A DNA stretch of 63,159 nucleotides, filler included. It is 9 parts of 9 records of this genome, joined end to end, with 100 filler letters (N's around TTAATTAATTAA, not from the genome) between each part and the next. Parts side by side here need not be neighbours in the genome. Positions count along the whole stretch, not along the records: positions 52,625 to 57,680 come from SRR31147125_37770; positions 57,781 to 63,159 come from SRR31147125_37994; 7 more parts are not named here. One strand, given 5' to 3'. A program made the translations under genes and the position numbers. This document shows positions 52,525 through 63,159 of this stretch, piece after piece. Position 1 is the stretch's first letter; every line of letters begins with the position of its first letter. The notes beneath the pieces were generated by a model. It saw only the letters and a program-made list of their open reading frames with translations. It did no database searches and was not told the origin of the DNA.

Positions 52525-52624
52525 NNNNNNNNNNNNNNNNNNNNNNNNNNNNNNNNNNNNNNNNNNNNTTAATTAATTAANNNNNNNNNNNNNNNNNNNN
52601 NNNNNNNNNNNNNNNNNNNNNNNN

Positions 52625-54594
52625 TTTTTGAGTAGAATACAGTTATCTCTGTTATCATCAACTACTAAAACCTTTGGAATTTTTTGCCCTGATTTTAAGT
52701 GAGCTACGGCTCTTTCTTCGTCTTTTATGGTTAAATCACTTTCATCTCCTAATTTTACTTTTAACTCAACTATAAATGAAGTACCCTCATTTATAGAGGT
52801 TTTAAAGGAGATATCTCCTCCTAATAGTCGAGCATATTCTCTACTTATAGCAAGCCCTAAACCACTACCAATACCTGATTTAATTCCACTTTGGCTTTGC
52901 TCAAAATATCCAAAGATTTTATGCTTCTCTTCGTCGTTTATTCCACTTCCAGTATCAGAGATATTAATAATTAAAGTAAAAGTTTCACTATGAATTTCAC
53001 GTTTGGAATCTAAGACAATTTTTATTCCTCCTCTTGAAGTGAATTTAACTGCATTACTAGCAATATTAAGAAGGATTTGCCTTATTTTTCCTTCGTCAGA
53101 AATGATAAAATTAGGTATATTCTCAAGCCCTGATACTACGAAGAATAAGTTTTTAGCTTCTGCTTTTGGTTTAAACATTAAGTAAATATCATTTATCAAA
53201 GTATGGGAGTCAAATGTATTGTAGTTAATTTTAGTACGCTTAGCCTCGATTTTAGAAATCTCTAAAATATCGTTTATTAACTCTAGTAGATGTCTACCAC
53301 TTTTATTGATTATACCAAGATTTTCTGATTGCTCAAGATCCAACGGAGTATCTCGTAGAAGGTTTGAATAACCTAATATTGCATTTAAGGGAGTTCGTAA
53401 CTCATGACTCATATTTGCAATAAAGACACTCTTAGCTTTGTTGGCTTTTTCAGCATTCTCCTTTGCAATGGCCAGTTCAAGAGTTCTCTCCTTAACTTTC
53501 TTTTCCAGTTTATCACGTGCCTCAACTAGAGCAGTTTCACGCATATATAGTTGCTTACCCATATCGTTAAAGTTTTTAGTTAATTTGTATAGTTCCTGAA
53601 ACTGGGAAGAGTCGGGGTGTAGGGAATTTGCAGTTTCATAATCTCCTAATGTAATTTTGTTGGCTTTATTGCTTAGATTTTTCAATGGACTAATGATCAA
53701 TCTATTCATATTTTTACGCAAATTTTTACCTAAAATTACCCAAACAATAAAAGAAATTATTGAGATAAGTGCTATGGCAAAAATTTCTGTAGAAAAATAG
53801 TTGTAAAATGGAACCTGTTCAATCAGTGTCCAGTTGAGATCTTTTATTTTTACAGAGCTTCCAACATATATGGTGTCAGAAAGTCTATAAATTATTGAGT
53901 TTCTATTATTATGAAGTATTTTTAAATTATTTAAATTTACTTGTTCGTTTACTAGTTTTTTATTTGGATGCATTAGTAGTTTTCCATGCTGATCTGTCAT
54001 AAAGATAATATGGTCTTTTTCTTGAAAATTATGATTAGAAACTTTTTCTTGAAAAAGACTAAGGTTAAGTTCTCCCACAATATACCCCGAATTACTTATT
54101 GGTAAAATGATAAAAATTGTAGGTTCTCCGGTTCTTATTGAGATAAAAGGACGAGAGATTCGGCTTTCAAAATTTTCTGAATCTTTTAACTCAGGAAAAT
54201 AAGACATATCAAAATTTTCATATGACTTATCAAATGGAACTGATAAGTCTACTTTTTTATCTTTTTTTAATACATAAATTCTATCAAAAAAACTATATGA
54301 ATTTTGTAGATTATTTATTAACTCATGGGCGATATTTTTATCTTTGTTGGGAATAGTTTTTCCAACAGAATCAAGAACCATAATACTATGATTGATATAA
54401 TTACTAACAGAATGAGATATCTCCAATAACACCTCTTTGTGATGTTCTTCGACATTTCTTTTCTCATAAAAGAGTGTTACTGAGACAATTAATATCCAAA
54501 GAATTAACATAGGGATGAAAAAGTTATATAAAACGATATTTAGTATTAATTTACTAAGTGAAGAGTTTGAGTAATCTTCAGACATCTGTCTCAC
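52625..54594 (-). CDS. Hybrid sensor kinase (Cache, HAMP, HisKA, HATPase, partial REC), 3' truncated
   Basis: [36 protein letters not shown]. Confidence 0.92.
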
Positions 54595-54612
54595 ACCTCC
54601 TAATTACAAAAT

Positions 54613-55743
54613 TTAGTTAGTTTTTACCAACATATATTTTCCATTTTTAACAATAGCAAAGTGGAAAGGTCTCTTAACATCTCCGTATTTATCTATTGAA
54701 AATTTATCCGTTAATCCTTCAAAGTTATTTATTTTAGTTAGGGCTTTTTTTAAACCTTCCTCTTTTCCACCTGTTTTCTTCAGTGCTTCACTTAGAACCA
54801 TGGTTGTTTCATAACCTAATATCGCACCAAAGTTAGGCTCTTCGCCAAATCTCCTTATATAGCTATTTTTAAACTCAGTTAGTTTAGAAGAATTATGTGC
54901 AAAAGATTCTGTTCTTGATATTTTTAATCCTTCAATATACTTTCCACCTTTTCTGATTAAATTTTTTGTATTAGCCCAACCAGAAGAATAAACAGAAGCT
55001 GTGTGCCCAACTTTCCTCATATTTTGAATGATCATAGCTGTATCTATATCTGAGCAAATAATCAATAAACTTTCCGGTTTATTTTCCATCGAATCAGCCA
55101 CTAATGAAGAAAAATCATTGATAGAAGACGATGAAAAACCGACCACTGAAACTATACGACCACCTAAACGTGTATAGTTTTCTGAAAAAGCTTTTAAATA
55201 TGGGAGAGAGTATTCTTTATTATCAAAGTCATATATTATAGTCATAGTTTTAGCTTCATCTGTTTTAGTGATCTCCTCAGCAAAAGAGTAAGCTTTCTCC
55301 CTTAAATCAGTAGATATTCTGAAGAAATAATCATCAATACCACTTAATTTTGGAGTTGATGTAGTGGGGCTAATCATAATTTTTTTTGCTCGATTGATAA
55401 GCTCAAGTCCGGCTAATGTTTGTCCGCTAGTGGGATGTCCTATGATTGCGACCGTATTTGCTTCAATAAGTTTTTGTTTTGCTTCCACTGCTTTTTCAGG
55501 TATGCCAAAATCATTTTCTATAATAAGTTCAACAGTTTTGCCTTTAATTCCTCCAGATTTATTAATTTTTTCAACGGCTAAAATAACGCCGTTCCTCTCT
55601 TGTACTCCTAGTTCGGCTTGCTTACCAGTTAACTGACCGGTGAAGCCGATTAGTATCCTTTTGTTAGAATAATTTATTAATAGAAACAATATAAGTATAA
55701 AGGCTAATGCAGCTATACCAGTAATAGCTCTTTTTTGCTTCAT
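54613..55743 (-). CDS. LivJ/LivK-like substrate-binding protein
   Basis: IGFTGQLTG..AELG...GV.LAVE.IN..GGI.G. Confidence 0.88.
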   Translation of the reverse strand: MKQKRAITGIAALAFILILFLLINYSNKRILIGFTGQLTGKQAELGVQERNGVILAVEKINKSGGIKGKTVELIIENDFGIPEKAVEAKQKLIEANTVAIIGHPTSGQTLAGLELINRAKKIMISPTTSTPKLSGIDDYFFRISTDLREKAYSFAEEITKTDEAKTMTIIYDFDNKEYSLPYLKAFSENYTRLGGRIVSVVGFSSSSINDFSSLVADSMENKPESLLIICSDIDTAMIIQNMRKVGHTASVYSSGWANTKNLIRKGGKYIEGLKISRTESFAHNSSKLTEFKNSYIRRFGEEPNFGAILGYETTMVLSEALKKTGGKEEGLKKALTKINNFEGLTDKFSIDKYGDVKRPFHFAIVKNGKYMLVKTN

Positions 55744-55846
55744 GCTGTTTCCTCCAAATATTATTTTTTATCAAAAACATTTATACTATAATCAAAGTAT
55801 AAATGATGATACAAAAGCTTGTGAGTTTATAAATTTATTCTAAAAT

Positions 55847-57680
55847 TTAACTATTTGAGCTAATAGTTTTAGTGATTTCTTTTATTAGCTCTAGTCCTAA
55901 ATCAAAATCATAACTTTCAATATGTGATCCTAGTTCATCATATTTTTCATCTAGATTATACTTTGAGATATTTACTTTTAGTTCGTGATATGCTTCTAAA
56001 GCACTTGTGTCATAGTTTTCTATATATGATTGTAGTTCTGTTAGTTTTGCCATTAACTCTTCTAAATTTAAATTTTCTGTATTTTTTAATTGATTAGCAT
56101 CTGTTTTTTCCACTTCAAGTAGAAGTTTCTTTATTTGAAGTAAAACAAGTTGAAGCCCATCCTCAATTTCATTAATTTCAATTTTAAACCCTTTTTCTAC
56201 TTGATTTAAAACACTACTATTAATTTCATTTTCATTACTACTCTCATTTGTAATAAAGTGCTTTAGTTTTATTTCAAAGTGTTGAATGAGATGGTTCAAT
56301 GTGATAGCGCCAATATTACCAGAAGTTCCCTTGAGTGTATGTACAAAGCGGAGAACCTCTTCAACTCTATTTTCATTAACTAGCTTAAGAAAGTCTACTT
56401 TGAAATTATCAATAGACTTATGGAATTTTTTTAATATATTGGTGTATAGATTTATATTTCCTGATACTCTTTTTAACGCATCATCAACATCAAATGATCC
56501 TAAGATACCCTCTAGGATCTCTTGTGATAAATAAGTCTCTTCATCTATGTTAACTACATTGCATTTTCTTTTTTTAGGTTTTATCCATTTAACAAGTGTT
56601 TTAAAAAGGGTGTATCTATTGATTGGCTTTGTAATATAGTCATTCATACCGGCTTTTAGAACTTGTTCTTTCGTACCAGAGATAGCATCAGCACTTAGGG
56701 CTACTATTGGTAGCGCGTCAATATGATGGTTTTTTCTCAAATCTTCTGTGGCTTTATAACCGTCCAAAACGGGCATCTGCAAATCCATTAGCACTAAGTC
56801 ATACTCATTGTTTAGTATTTTTGCAATTGCTCTTTTTCCATTTTCAGCGATTTCTACCCAGAATCCCTCATATTCTAATATATCCTTTGCAATCTCTCTA
56901 TTGATTTCATTATCCTCAACTAATAGTATCTGAGCTCCTCTAATATTATTAAAACCATCTGGAAATGTTTTATGTTCAGATTTATACGCATTCTCAGCAA
57001 GTGCTGTATCCTTAGCTATTCCAAACACAACTGTGAAGTTAAACTCACTACCTTTACCATGGATGCTAGTAACGGTAATATCACCTTTCATCATATTTAC
57101 CAGATGTTTTGAGATACTAAGTCCTAAACCTGTACCTCCATATTTTCTAGTAGTTGACGTATCAGCTTGCGTAAAAACGTTAAAGAGTTTTTCAATTTGC
57201 TTTTCGGTCATTCCAATCCCAGTATCAGTAACCGAAAAAGCAATGGAAATTTTGTCCCCCATTGTTTTTTCGCTTACTATTTTTAATTCAATTTTACCTT
57301 TATTAGTAAATTTAATGGCGTTATTGAGTAAGTTAATTAAAACTTGCCCAAGTCTTAAAGGATCCCCTATTAAAGCTTTTGGAATCTCAGAATCTTTTGT
57401 AATATTAAACTCTAAATTTCTATTAGTGATTTTTAATTCAATTACGTTAGAGATATTATTAATCACATCTTCTAAGTGAAAAGGGATCTCCTCTAGAGAT
57501 AATTTTCCAGCTTCTATTTTAGTAAAGTCTAGGATGTCATCAATGAGACCCAACAGGTGTTTAGCTGCCTTATCGATTTTCCCTAGATAGTTTTGCTGTT
57601 TCTCATTTAACTCCGTAAGTTCAAGTAGATAATTAAAGCCAATAATAGAGTTCATTGGCGTTCTTATCTCATGGCTCATA
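55847..57680 (-). CDS. Hybrid sensor kinase (HisKA, HATPase, REC, HPt), 5' truncated
   Basis: [36 protein letters not shown]. Confidence 0.93.
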
Positions 57681-57809
57681 NNNNNNNNNNNNNNNNNNNN
57701 NNNNNNNNNNNNNNNNNNNNNNNNTTAATTAATTAANNNNNNNNNNNNNNNNNNNNNNNNNNNNNNNNNNNNNNNNNNNNTTTTAGTAGAAATTGATTTT
57801 GCAATTATA

Positions 57810-58721
57810 CTAATCGCTTATCATCCCAATCTCTTTCAACCAGGCTTCGCACAAATGAGTCCATAGGTTGGTTGATCCCGGGTTATTTCTCAAGGCTATA
57901 GCATGTTTCCCATGAGGGAAAATATGCAAACAGGCATCAACATTGTGTTCCCTTAAAGCTTGATAATAAAGCAAACTATTCATGGGATCAACAACAGGAT
58001 CGTCTGATGCATGAACAATAAAAGCCTTGGGGCTAGAATCAGTTACATTCAGCTCATTCGAAAACTTTTGTATCATTTCCTTTTCAGGATTTTCACCCAA
58101 CATTGCATTTCGACTTCCCTTGTGTCCATACTCTCCAAAACTTAAGGCTGATGAAACTAAAACCTGAAAATTGGGCAGTGTATTTACATGATCCAATGAA
58201 TCACCAATTGCAGAATAATCGTAGGTAAACGTACAAATACTTCCAGCCAAATGTCCTCCGGCAGAACATCCCATTACACCAACGTTATTTCGATCAATTC
58301 CCCATTCATCTGCTCGGCTACGAACTATTTTCATCGCCCGCTGAGCATCTTGCAAAGGACCAAAATGTTTTTCTTCCAAATCAGGGGAAGTAGGTAAACG
58401 ATACATGACCACAAAAGCATTAACCCCAATCGTGTTATACCATTTTGCCAGTTGAAATCCTGCAATATTATACGTCAACTTCTGATAACCTCCGGGAGGA
58501 AATATCAATACAGCACTTCCTTTATTTTCTTCTTTTGAAGTAATAAAGGGATATATTCCAGGTGTTTTAACTTGCGTTACCCGTTGCCTTGACTCGATAT
58601 GCTCTAAGTCCATTCCTTTTGAGTTTGGCATTTTCCCCTCAGGCCATAGCGGAATATATTCCTGGGCAAATAAGTTTAACACCAAACAAAGTTGAAGGAG
58701 TAAAAGTGAGATAAGCTTCAT
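57810..58721 (-). CDS. Secreted alpha/beta-hydrolase esterase (probable carbohydrate esterase)
   Basis: PGGGY, GCSAGGH, DDPVV, H; pectin-locus context. Confidence 0.85.
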   Translation of the reverse strand: MKLISLLLLQLCLVLNLFAQEYIPLWPEGKMPNSKGMDLEHIESRQRVTQVKTPGIYPFITSKEENKGSAVLIFPPGGYQKLTYNIAGFQLAKWYNTIGVNAFVVMYRLPTSPDLEEKHFGPLQDAQRAMKIVRSRADEWGIDRNNVGVMGCSAGGHLAGSICTFTYDYSAIGDSLDHVNTLPNFQVLVSSALSFGEYGHKGSRNAMLGENPEKEMIQKFSNELNVTDSSPKAFIVHASDDPVVDPMNSLLYYQALREHNVDACLHIFPHGKHAIALRNNPGSTNLWTHLCEAWLKEIGMISD

Positions 58722-58754
58722 ACGATAGAACGATTATTGTTTAAAAAGACTGAC

Positions 58755-60017
58755 CTATTTATCGCCAAATAAATCAGGATTATTTTCAACCAACAATGCA
58801 GCCATGATGAATGGCCCAATTGCTTTTCCATCATTCGAACGTTTAGCTTCTTCAATGTAGTACTCATAAGTACCATCGCGAACCGGATTATCAGCAGGAC
58901 CTAGACCGGCACCTGCACAACAAGAAGTAATTTCCAGGTTCTGGTTTTCATCCGTTATAATAAAGGTATTAATAACACCATTGTATGCTTTCATTGCAGT
59001 GTCAACATATTTCGTATCAAGCAAACCCATTGCAATTCCTTTAACCATTCCATAAGCAAACATGCATGAACTGGTAGCTTCCAAATAATTGCCTTCACGA
59101 TCAGGGAAATTGGTAACCTGATACCATGCACCTGAATCTTTGTCCTGAAAGTTGATGAGTGCATCGGTTAACTCCTGAAACATATCTACAAGCTTCGCAT
59201 GATCCGGATGATCCTTTGGCAAGAAGTCAAGCACATCAATAATTGCCATGTAAAACCAGCCGACACCACGTCCCCAAAAGTTTTTGGAAAGCCCGGTTTC
59301 TGGATCAGCCCAGTAAACACTTTTGCTTGAATCCCATCCGTGGAAATAAAGCCCGGTTTTTTCATCTTTTAAATGCTCCTCTACAAGCAATAATTGCTTG
59401 GTTACATCGCTAAAATTTGCTGAATCTCCAAAAGTGGCTACATATTCAGCATAAAAAGGTGCACCCATATAAAGGCCATCCAGCCACATTTGGTTGGTGT
59501 AAACTTTTTTGTGCCAAAAACCACCCTCCGGAACTCTTGGATGATCATTTAGCTGATCGCGAAGAGTTTCAATCGCTTTACGGTATCTCTCATCTCCGGT
59601 TTCTTCATAGATGCTAAAAAGATTTTTTCCGGAGTTAATGTTATCAATATTGAAACTCTCTTTTTTATATCCGTCAATAGTTCCTGTTGAATCAATCAAC
59701 AAATCAACATAGGTGTTTTTCACATAGTCGAAATATTTTTGATCACCAGTTTCTTTCCAAACTTCCAAAATCCCGTCACACACCAAACCTTGTACGTAAC
59801 CCCATCTGGGTTTCGATTGAAAATCTGTTGTCCAGGCTTCCGGGTTGTTGTTCATTACTGATTCAGCCAATAAAACAGAAAATGCTTTTTGCGTTTCATT
59901 TTGCTGATCCTTTGCTTGTTTTTTGCTGCTGCATTGCACCATAACAAATGCCAGCACCATAACAATTACAATTTTACTCATGTGTTTAAATTTTTGTTTT
60001 ATATCAATAGTTCTCAT
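58755..60017 (-). CDS. GH105 unsaturated rhamnogalacturonyl hydrolase lipoprotein (start may be 59981)
   Basis: GGFWHK, QMWLDGLYM, FWGRG.GW, NYLEATSS. Confidence 0.92.
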   Translation of the reverse strand: MRTIDIKQKFKHMSKIVIVMVLAFVMVQCSSKKQAKDQQNETQKAFSVLLAESVMNNNPEAWTTDFQSKPRWGYVQGLVCDGILEVWKETGDQKYFDYVKNTYVDLLIDSTGTIDGYKKESFNIDNINSGKNLFSIYEETGDERYRKAIETLRDQLNDHPRVPEGGFWHKKVYTNQMWLDGLYMGAPFYAEYVATFGDSANFSDVTKQLLLVEEHLKDEKTGLYFHGWDSSKSVYWADPETGLSKNFWGRGVGWFYMAIIDVLDFLPKDHPDHAKLVDMFQELTDALINFQDKDSGAWYQVTNFPDREGNYLEATSSCMFAYGMVKGIAMGLLDTKYVDTAMKAYNGVINTFIITDENQNLEITSCCAGAGLGPADNPVRDGTYEYYIEEAKRSNDGKAIGPFIMAALLVENNPDLFGDK

Positions 60018-60119
60018 CTAACTTTCCAACAATAATACCTTTGCAAAATAACTACCTCAAATTTAAATATTTACAAAGCAATCCCCTCAAAAAAAACAGA
60101 TCACTTTTCACCTACAAGT

Positions 60120-61673
60120 TTATTCATTTGCAACCTTCTGTTTTACCAGATTCAAATAATTTTCGCCCCAAAGCACTTCACTATTCGTTACCTTTGAGAA
60201 AATGTCAGTCTCTACCATCTGGAAACAATTATTGATTAACACCTTTTTAGACGAATCAATCTCAACAATAGCCTGTGAGTCTATTGGTTTTCCTGTTCTT
60301 ATATCATTCAGGATAATATTTTCGCAGTTAGCAAACGACATGGTCGGCCCCTCTTCAACATCAATTTTAATATTTGAAAAATGAAGATTTTTAGCAGTCT
60401 TGGCAATAAACCCTTTTTTAGCTTCAACATCAATATTACTGAATGAAACTTCATTGACAGGCATCTCTTCAATCCCCGTCATTTCTGCAACCGTACTCAC
60501 ATTTTTTCCTGTAACATTACTAATATGAATATTTCTGAATATCGGGGTACGCTCAGTTACGGGTTCAACTTTTGATCCTTTATCGTAGAACAAATTAAAG
60601 ATAAAGCCAGTCCTTTTGATGTTGCGCATGACGATGTTGCTCACTTGAATATTTTCAACAACCCCACCACGACCTCGAGCTGACTTCAAGCGAATACCAT
60701 TATCCGTGCCATCGAAAACACAATTGGAGATGGTAACGTTTTTCACTCCACCAGACATTTCGCTACCAATTACCACACCTCCATGACCAGCCAACATTAC
60801 GCAGTTGGTTACGGTAATATTTTCACAAGGTTTTCCATAATCGCGACCATATTTATCGCGACCGGATTTAATGGTAACGCAATCATCTCCAACACTAATG
60901 AAGCAATCTGATATTCGCACATTGCTACACGATGAAGGATTTATTCCATCAGTATTATACCCTCCATCAGGGTTTAATATAGTTACACCGTGTACTAAAA
61001 CATCATCACAACCAACAGGGTTAACTGTCCAGAATGGAGAGTCTTTAATGGTTATACCTTCAATATTGATATTCTGACATTCGATAAACTGAATGAAAGG
61101 AGGACGAAAAAATTGATTTTTACCGTATTTACTTTCAACAAGTTCAGGGTTTTTCTCTACCCATAAATCCTGATAACGATTGGGCTTGGTAACTTTACCA
61201 TTAGCTCTAACATCAGTAATGATATCCCATATTTCAGTCCACCATACTGGCCCATTTCCATCAATTTCACCTTCACCTTTTATGGTAATATTCTTTTCTT
61301 CAACAGCATAAATTAGCGGAGAAAACGACTTCATAAAAATCCCCTCATAACGAACCCTTACGTAAGGAAGGTAGTCTTCAAAATCTCCGGAAAATTTCAC
61401 AACTGCACCAGCCTCCAAATCAAGGGTTATATTACTCTTCATGAAAATTGTTCCTGTCAGGTATTTTCCTGTAGGAAAGAAAATAGTTCCACCCCCATCT
61501 TCAGATGCCTTTTCAATGGCTTGGTTGATAATATTTGTGCATTTTTCTACCCCTTGGCTATCAGCCCCAAGCTTCTTCACATCATACACTTTTGCACTTG
61601 CTGTAATTACCATAGCCAAAAGTGAAATAATAACAATTATTCTTTTCATATTAAATATTAAACCTTTACTCAA
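60120..61673 (-). CDS. GH28 polygalacturonase
   Basis: NTDG, GDD, GHGG, RLKS motifs. Confidence 0.93.
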   Translation of the reverse strand: MSKGLIFNMKRIIVIISLLAMVITASAKVYDVKKLGADSQGVEKCTNIINQAIEKASEDGGGTIFFPTGKYLTGTIFMKSNITLDLEAGAVVKFSGDFEDYLPYVRVRYEGIFMKSFSPLIYAVEEKNITIKGEGEIDGNGPVWWTEIWDIITDVRANGKVTKPNRYQDLWVEKNPELVESKYGKNQFFRPPFIQFIECQNINIEGITIKDSPFWTVNPVGCDDVLVHGVTILNPDGGYNTDGINPSSCSNVRISDCFISVGDDCVTIKSGRDKYGRDYGKPCENITVTNCVMLAGHGGVVIGSEMSGGVKNVTISNCVFDGTDNGIRLKSARGRGGVVENIQVSNIVMRNIKRTGFIFNLFYDKGSKVEPVTERTPIFRNIHISNVTGKNVSTVAEMTGIEEMPVNEVSFSNIDVEAKKGFIAKTAKNLHFSNIKIDVEEGPTMSFANCENIILNDIRTGKPIDSQAIVEIDSSKKVLINNCFQMVETDIFSKVTNSEVLWGENYLNLVKQKVANE

Positions 61674-61698
61674 AATTGAAAGAAAGGAACATTACCAT

Positions 61699-62658
61699 TT
61701 ATTGAATGTCCCATTCTGTACAAAAACTAAATATATTTTCAAATGTATATTCTCTTAGTTCGCCAGCAGTAAGTTGCTTAGACCAACTTACACGTTTAGC
61801 TGAATTTGCACCAATACCAATACTCTGATATTCTGCATAGAAAATTGTTTTTTCACATTCTGGTCTTCCCCAATTGTGCCAACCTTCAGAAAGAATATGT
61901 TTTCCCATTTTACATGAAATGAAAACTACCTTTGCAAAATTACGCCAAGGCCTTCCCAAATAAACTTTATCAACTCCGGGATCAGCAGTCAATTGACAAT
62001 TTCTAAAAACATACCCAAATTTATTTCCCTCAGCTGTACTTGCAGCAGTAATGTAAGAATTACGTTTACTATGGATTGTACAATCATCAAATACGGCAGT
62101 GGCAGCACCAAAAATAAAATCGGTAGTTCCATCAATATAACAGTTCCTATAATATTGACGGCTCTTTTGCCCGGCTGCATATAAGGTATCCTGGTTGCCT
62201 AGAATACGGCAATTATTCACTGTAACGCAATCTCCCTCTACATGCAAAGCAACCGCTTGCCCAAGTTCACCGGATGAATTTTCAATCGTCAGGTTTTCAA
62301 TTATGGTGTTATCCCCAAAAACCTTTACGGTATAACTGGTAAAAGTTCCAACATCTCCCCTGCCATAGTGATCATCAAATGTGATAATGGTGCTGTCTTT
62401 ACTTTCACCTATTAAATGCAAATGGGTGTAAAAAGAATCAATTAACACCTTCTCTTTATACACACCGTTTTTGATGAAGATAACCTTGTCATAAGTCTGA
62501 AACGGACGACAAGAGTTAACAGCTTCCTGTATGGTTTTGTAATCTCCACTACCATCTTTTGCAACAATTATTTTTGCCGATTCGTCTCTATTTGCCTTGA
62601 CAATATTGGGAGAAAAGTTGAGAATTATTCCCAGTACAACTAAAATACATGTTCTCAT
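61699..62658 (-). CDS. CE8 pectin methylesterase
   Basis: QAVAL, QDTLY, DFIFG, LGRPW. Confidence 0.95.
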   Translation of the reverse strand: MRTCILVVLGIILNFSPNIVKANRDESAKIIVAKDGSGDYKTIQEAVNSCRPFQTYDKVIFIKNGVYKEKVLIDSFYTHLHLIGESKDSTIITFDDHYGRGDVGTFTSYTVKVFGDNTIIENLTIENSSGELGQAVALHVEGDCVTVNNCRILGNQDTLYAAGQKSRQYYRNCYIDGTTDFIFGAATAVFDDCTIHSKRNSYITAASTAEGNKFGYVFRNCQLTADPGVDKVYLGRPWRNFAKVVFISCKMGKHILSEGWHNWGRPECEKTIFYAEYQSIGIGANSAKRVSWSKQLTAGELREYTFENIFSFCTEWDIQ

Positions 62659-62672
62659 TGATATCCTTTTTA

Positions 62673-63159
62673 TTATTTGCTTAGCCTAAACCAATCAATA
62701 TCGGCATAGCCTGTATTTTTTGCACCTTTTGGTGCAATCGAAAACAACCCTACTTTAGCCCCTACCCATTGTCCTGCATTTGCGATAAAAGGCTCTCCTA
62801 ACTTCTGAAAGTTTTTCCCATCAGTACTGTAGCTAAAATTGCAAACAACAACCGGGATTACTTCATCTGGATTTTCTGACTCGATTTCTACCCTTAAGAA
62901 AACCTCATTGCATTGAAGTTTCTTTTGGCTCAACACTTTTTCGCCTTTTCCATTATTTGCCTGCATGCAAACAACCTGCGATACTGTGTAAGAACTATTA
63001 TTTTTCTCAATTCCCACGTAAGAATAATCCCGTCCAAACACCAACAGGCCAGCTTTCTCTCCAACTTCATTTGAATTTAATGTCAGTTTCGTTGTAACAG
63101 TAAATTCTTCTGCAGGTGTTTTCTGTAGCAAAAGCCGACTGATATCCCACAAGTTTTTT
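62673..63159 (-). CDS. GH43 glycoside hydrolase C-terminal beta-sandwich, truncated
   Basis: LLLQK.PAEEF, FSYSTDG, GQWVGAKVGLF, ADIDWFR. Confidence 0.85.
   Translation of the reverse strand, partial: KNLWDISRLLLQKTPAEEFTVTTKLTLNSNEVGEKAGLLVFGRDYSYVGIEKNNSSYTVSQVVCMQANNGKGEKVLSQKKLQCNEVFLRVEIESENPDEVIPVVVCNFSYSTDGKNFQKLGEPFIANAGQWVGAKVGLFSIAPKGAKNTGYADIDWFRLSK

Noticed and set aside
7026-57780. Recurrent TTAATTAATTAA within N-runs as a biological repeat or array
   Set aside because: Artificial six-frame-stop spacer. Genes on either side are not neighbours, so no cross-contig systems were inferred.

Overview
The window is not one locus. It is nine unrelated contigs joined by artificial 100-nt spacers (N44-TTAATTAATTAA-N44). 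(1) 1-7025, spirochaete-like: tRNA-Arg fragment, GIN lipoprotein, MarC, TetR/epimerase and HxlR/QorB-like pairs, sugar ABC permeases, a degenerate tRNA-Pro-like element. (2) 7126-12962: fragment of a large type I PKS/Pfa-like synthase (KS-KS*-AT-KS). (3) 13063-18680, low-GC Firmicute-like: type I R-M locus with an embedded PIN-domain gene and two orphan membrane proteins, plus a sortase. (4) 18781-28054, deltaproteobacterial-like: OmpR-family two-component system, Met-rich DM13 lipoprotein, SOD, a nine-CxxCH cytochrome c/cytochrome b5 fusion, and a USP. (5) 28155-37910, low-GC: FecCD-type ABC transporter with a ModE-like operator and housekeeping genes. (6) MSHA pilus genes. (7) Inositol-1-P synthase, bacterioferritin, AroH and 4-hydroxybutyryl-CoA dehydratase. 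(8) Hybrid histidine kinases. (9) Bacteroidetes-type pectin enzymes. The best candidate for an undescribed system is in contig 4: a 97-aa exported protein missing from the ORF track (19203-19496, minus). It has an in-frame UGA followed by a SECIS-like hairpin, at the position of the MsrA catalytic Cys. It lies downstream of a Met-rich DM13 protein whose promoter carries four 11-bp-phased OmpR-type boxes. Many genes are frameshifted at homopolymers, most likely from sequencing error. Taxonomic and family assignments come from motif recognition by eye, not database searches.
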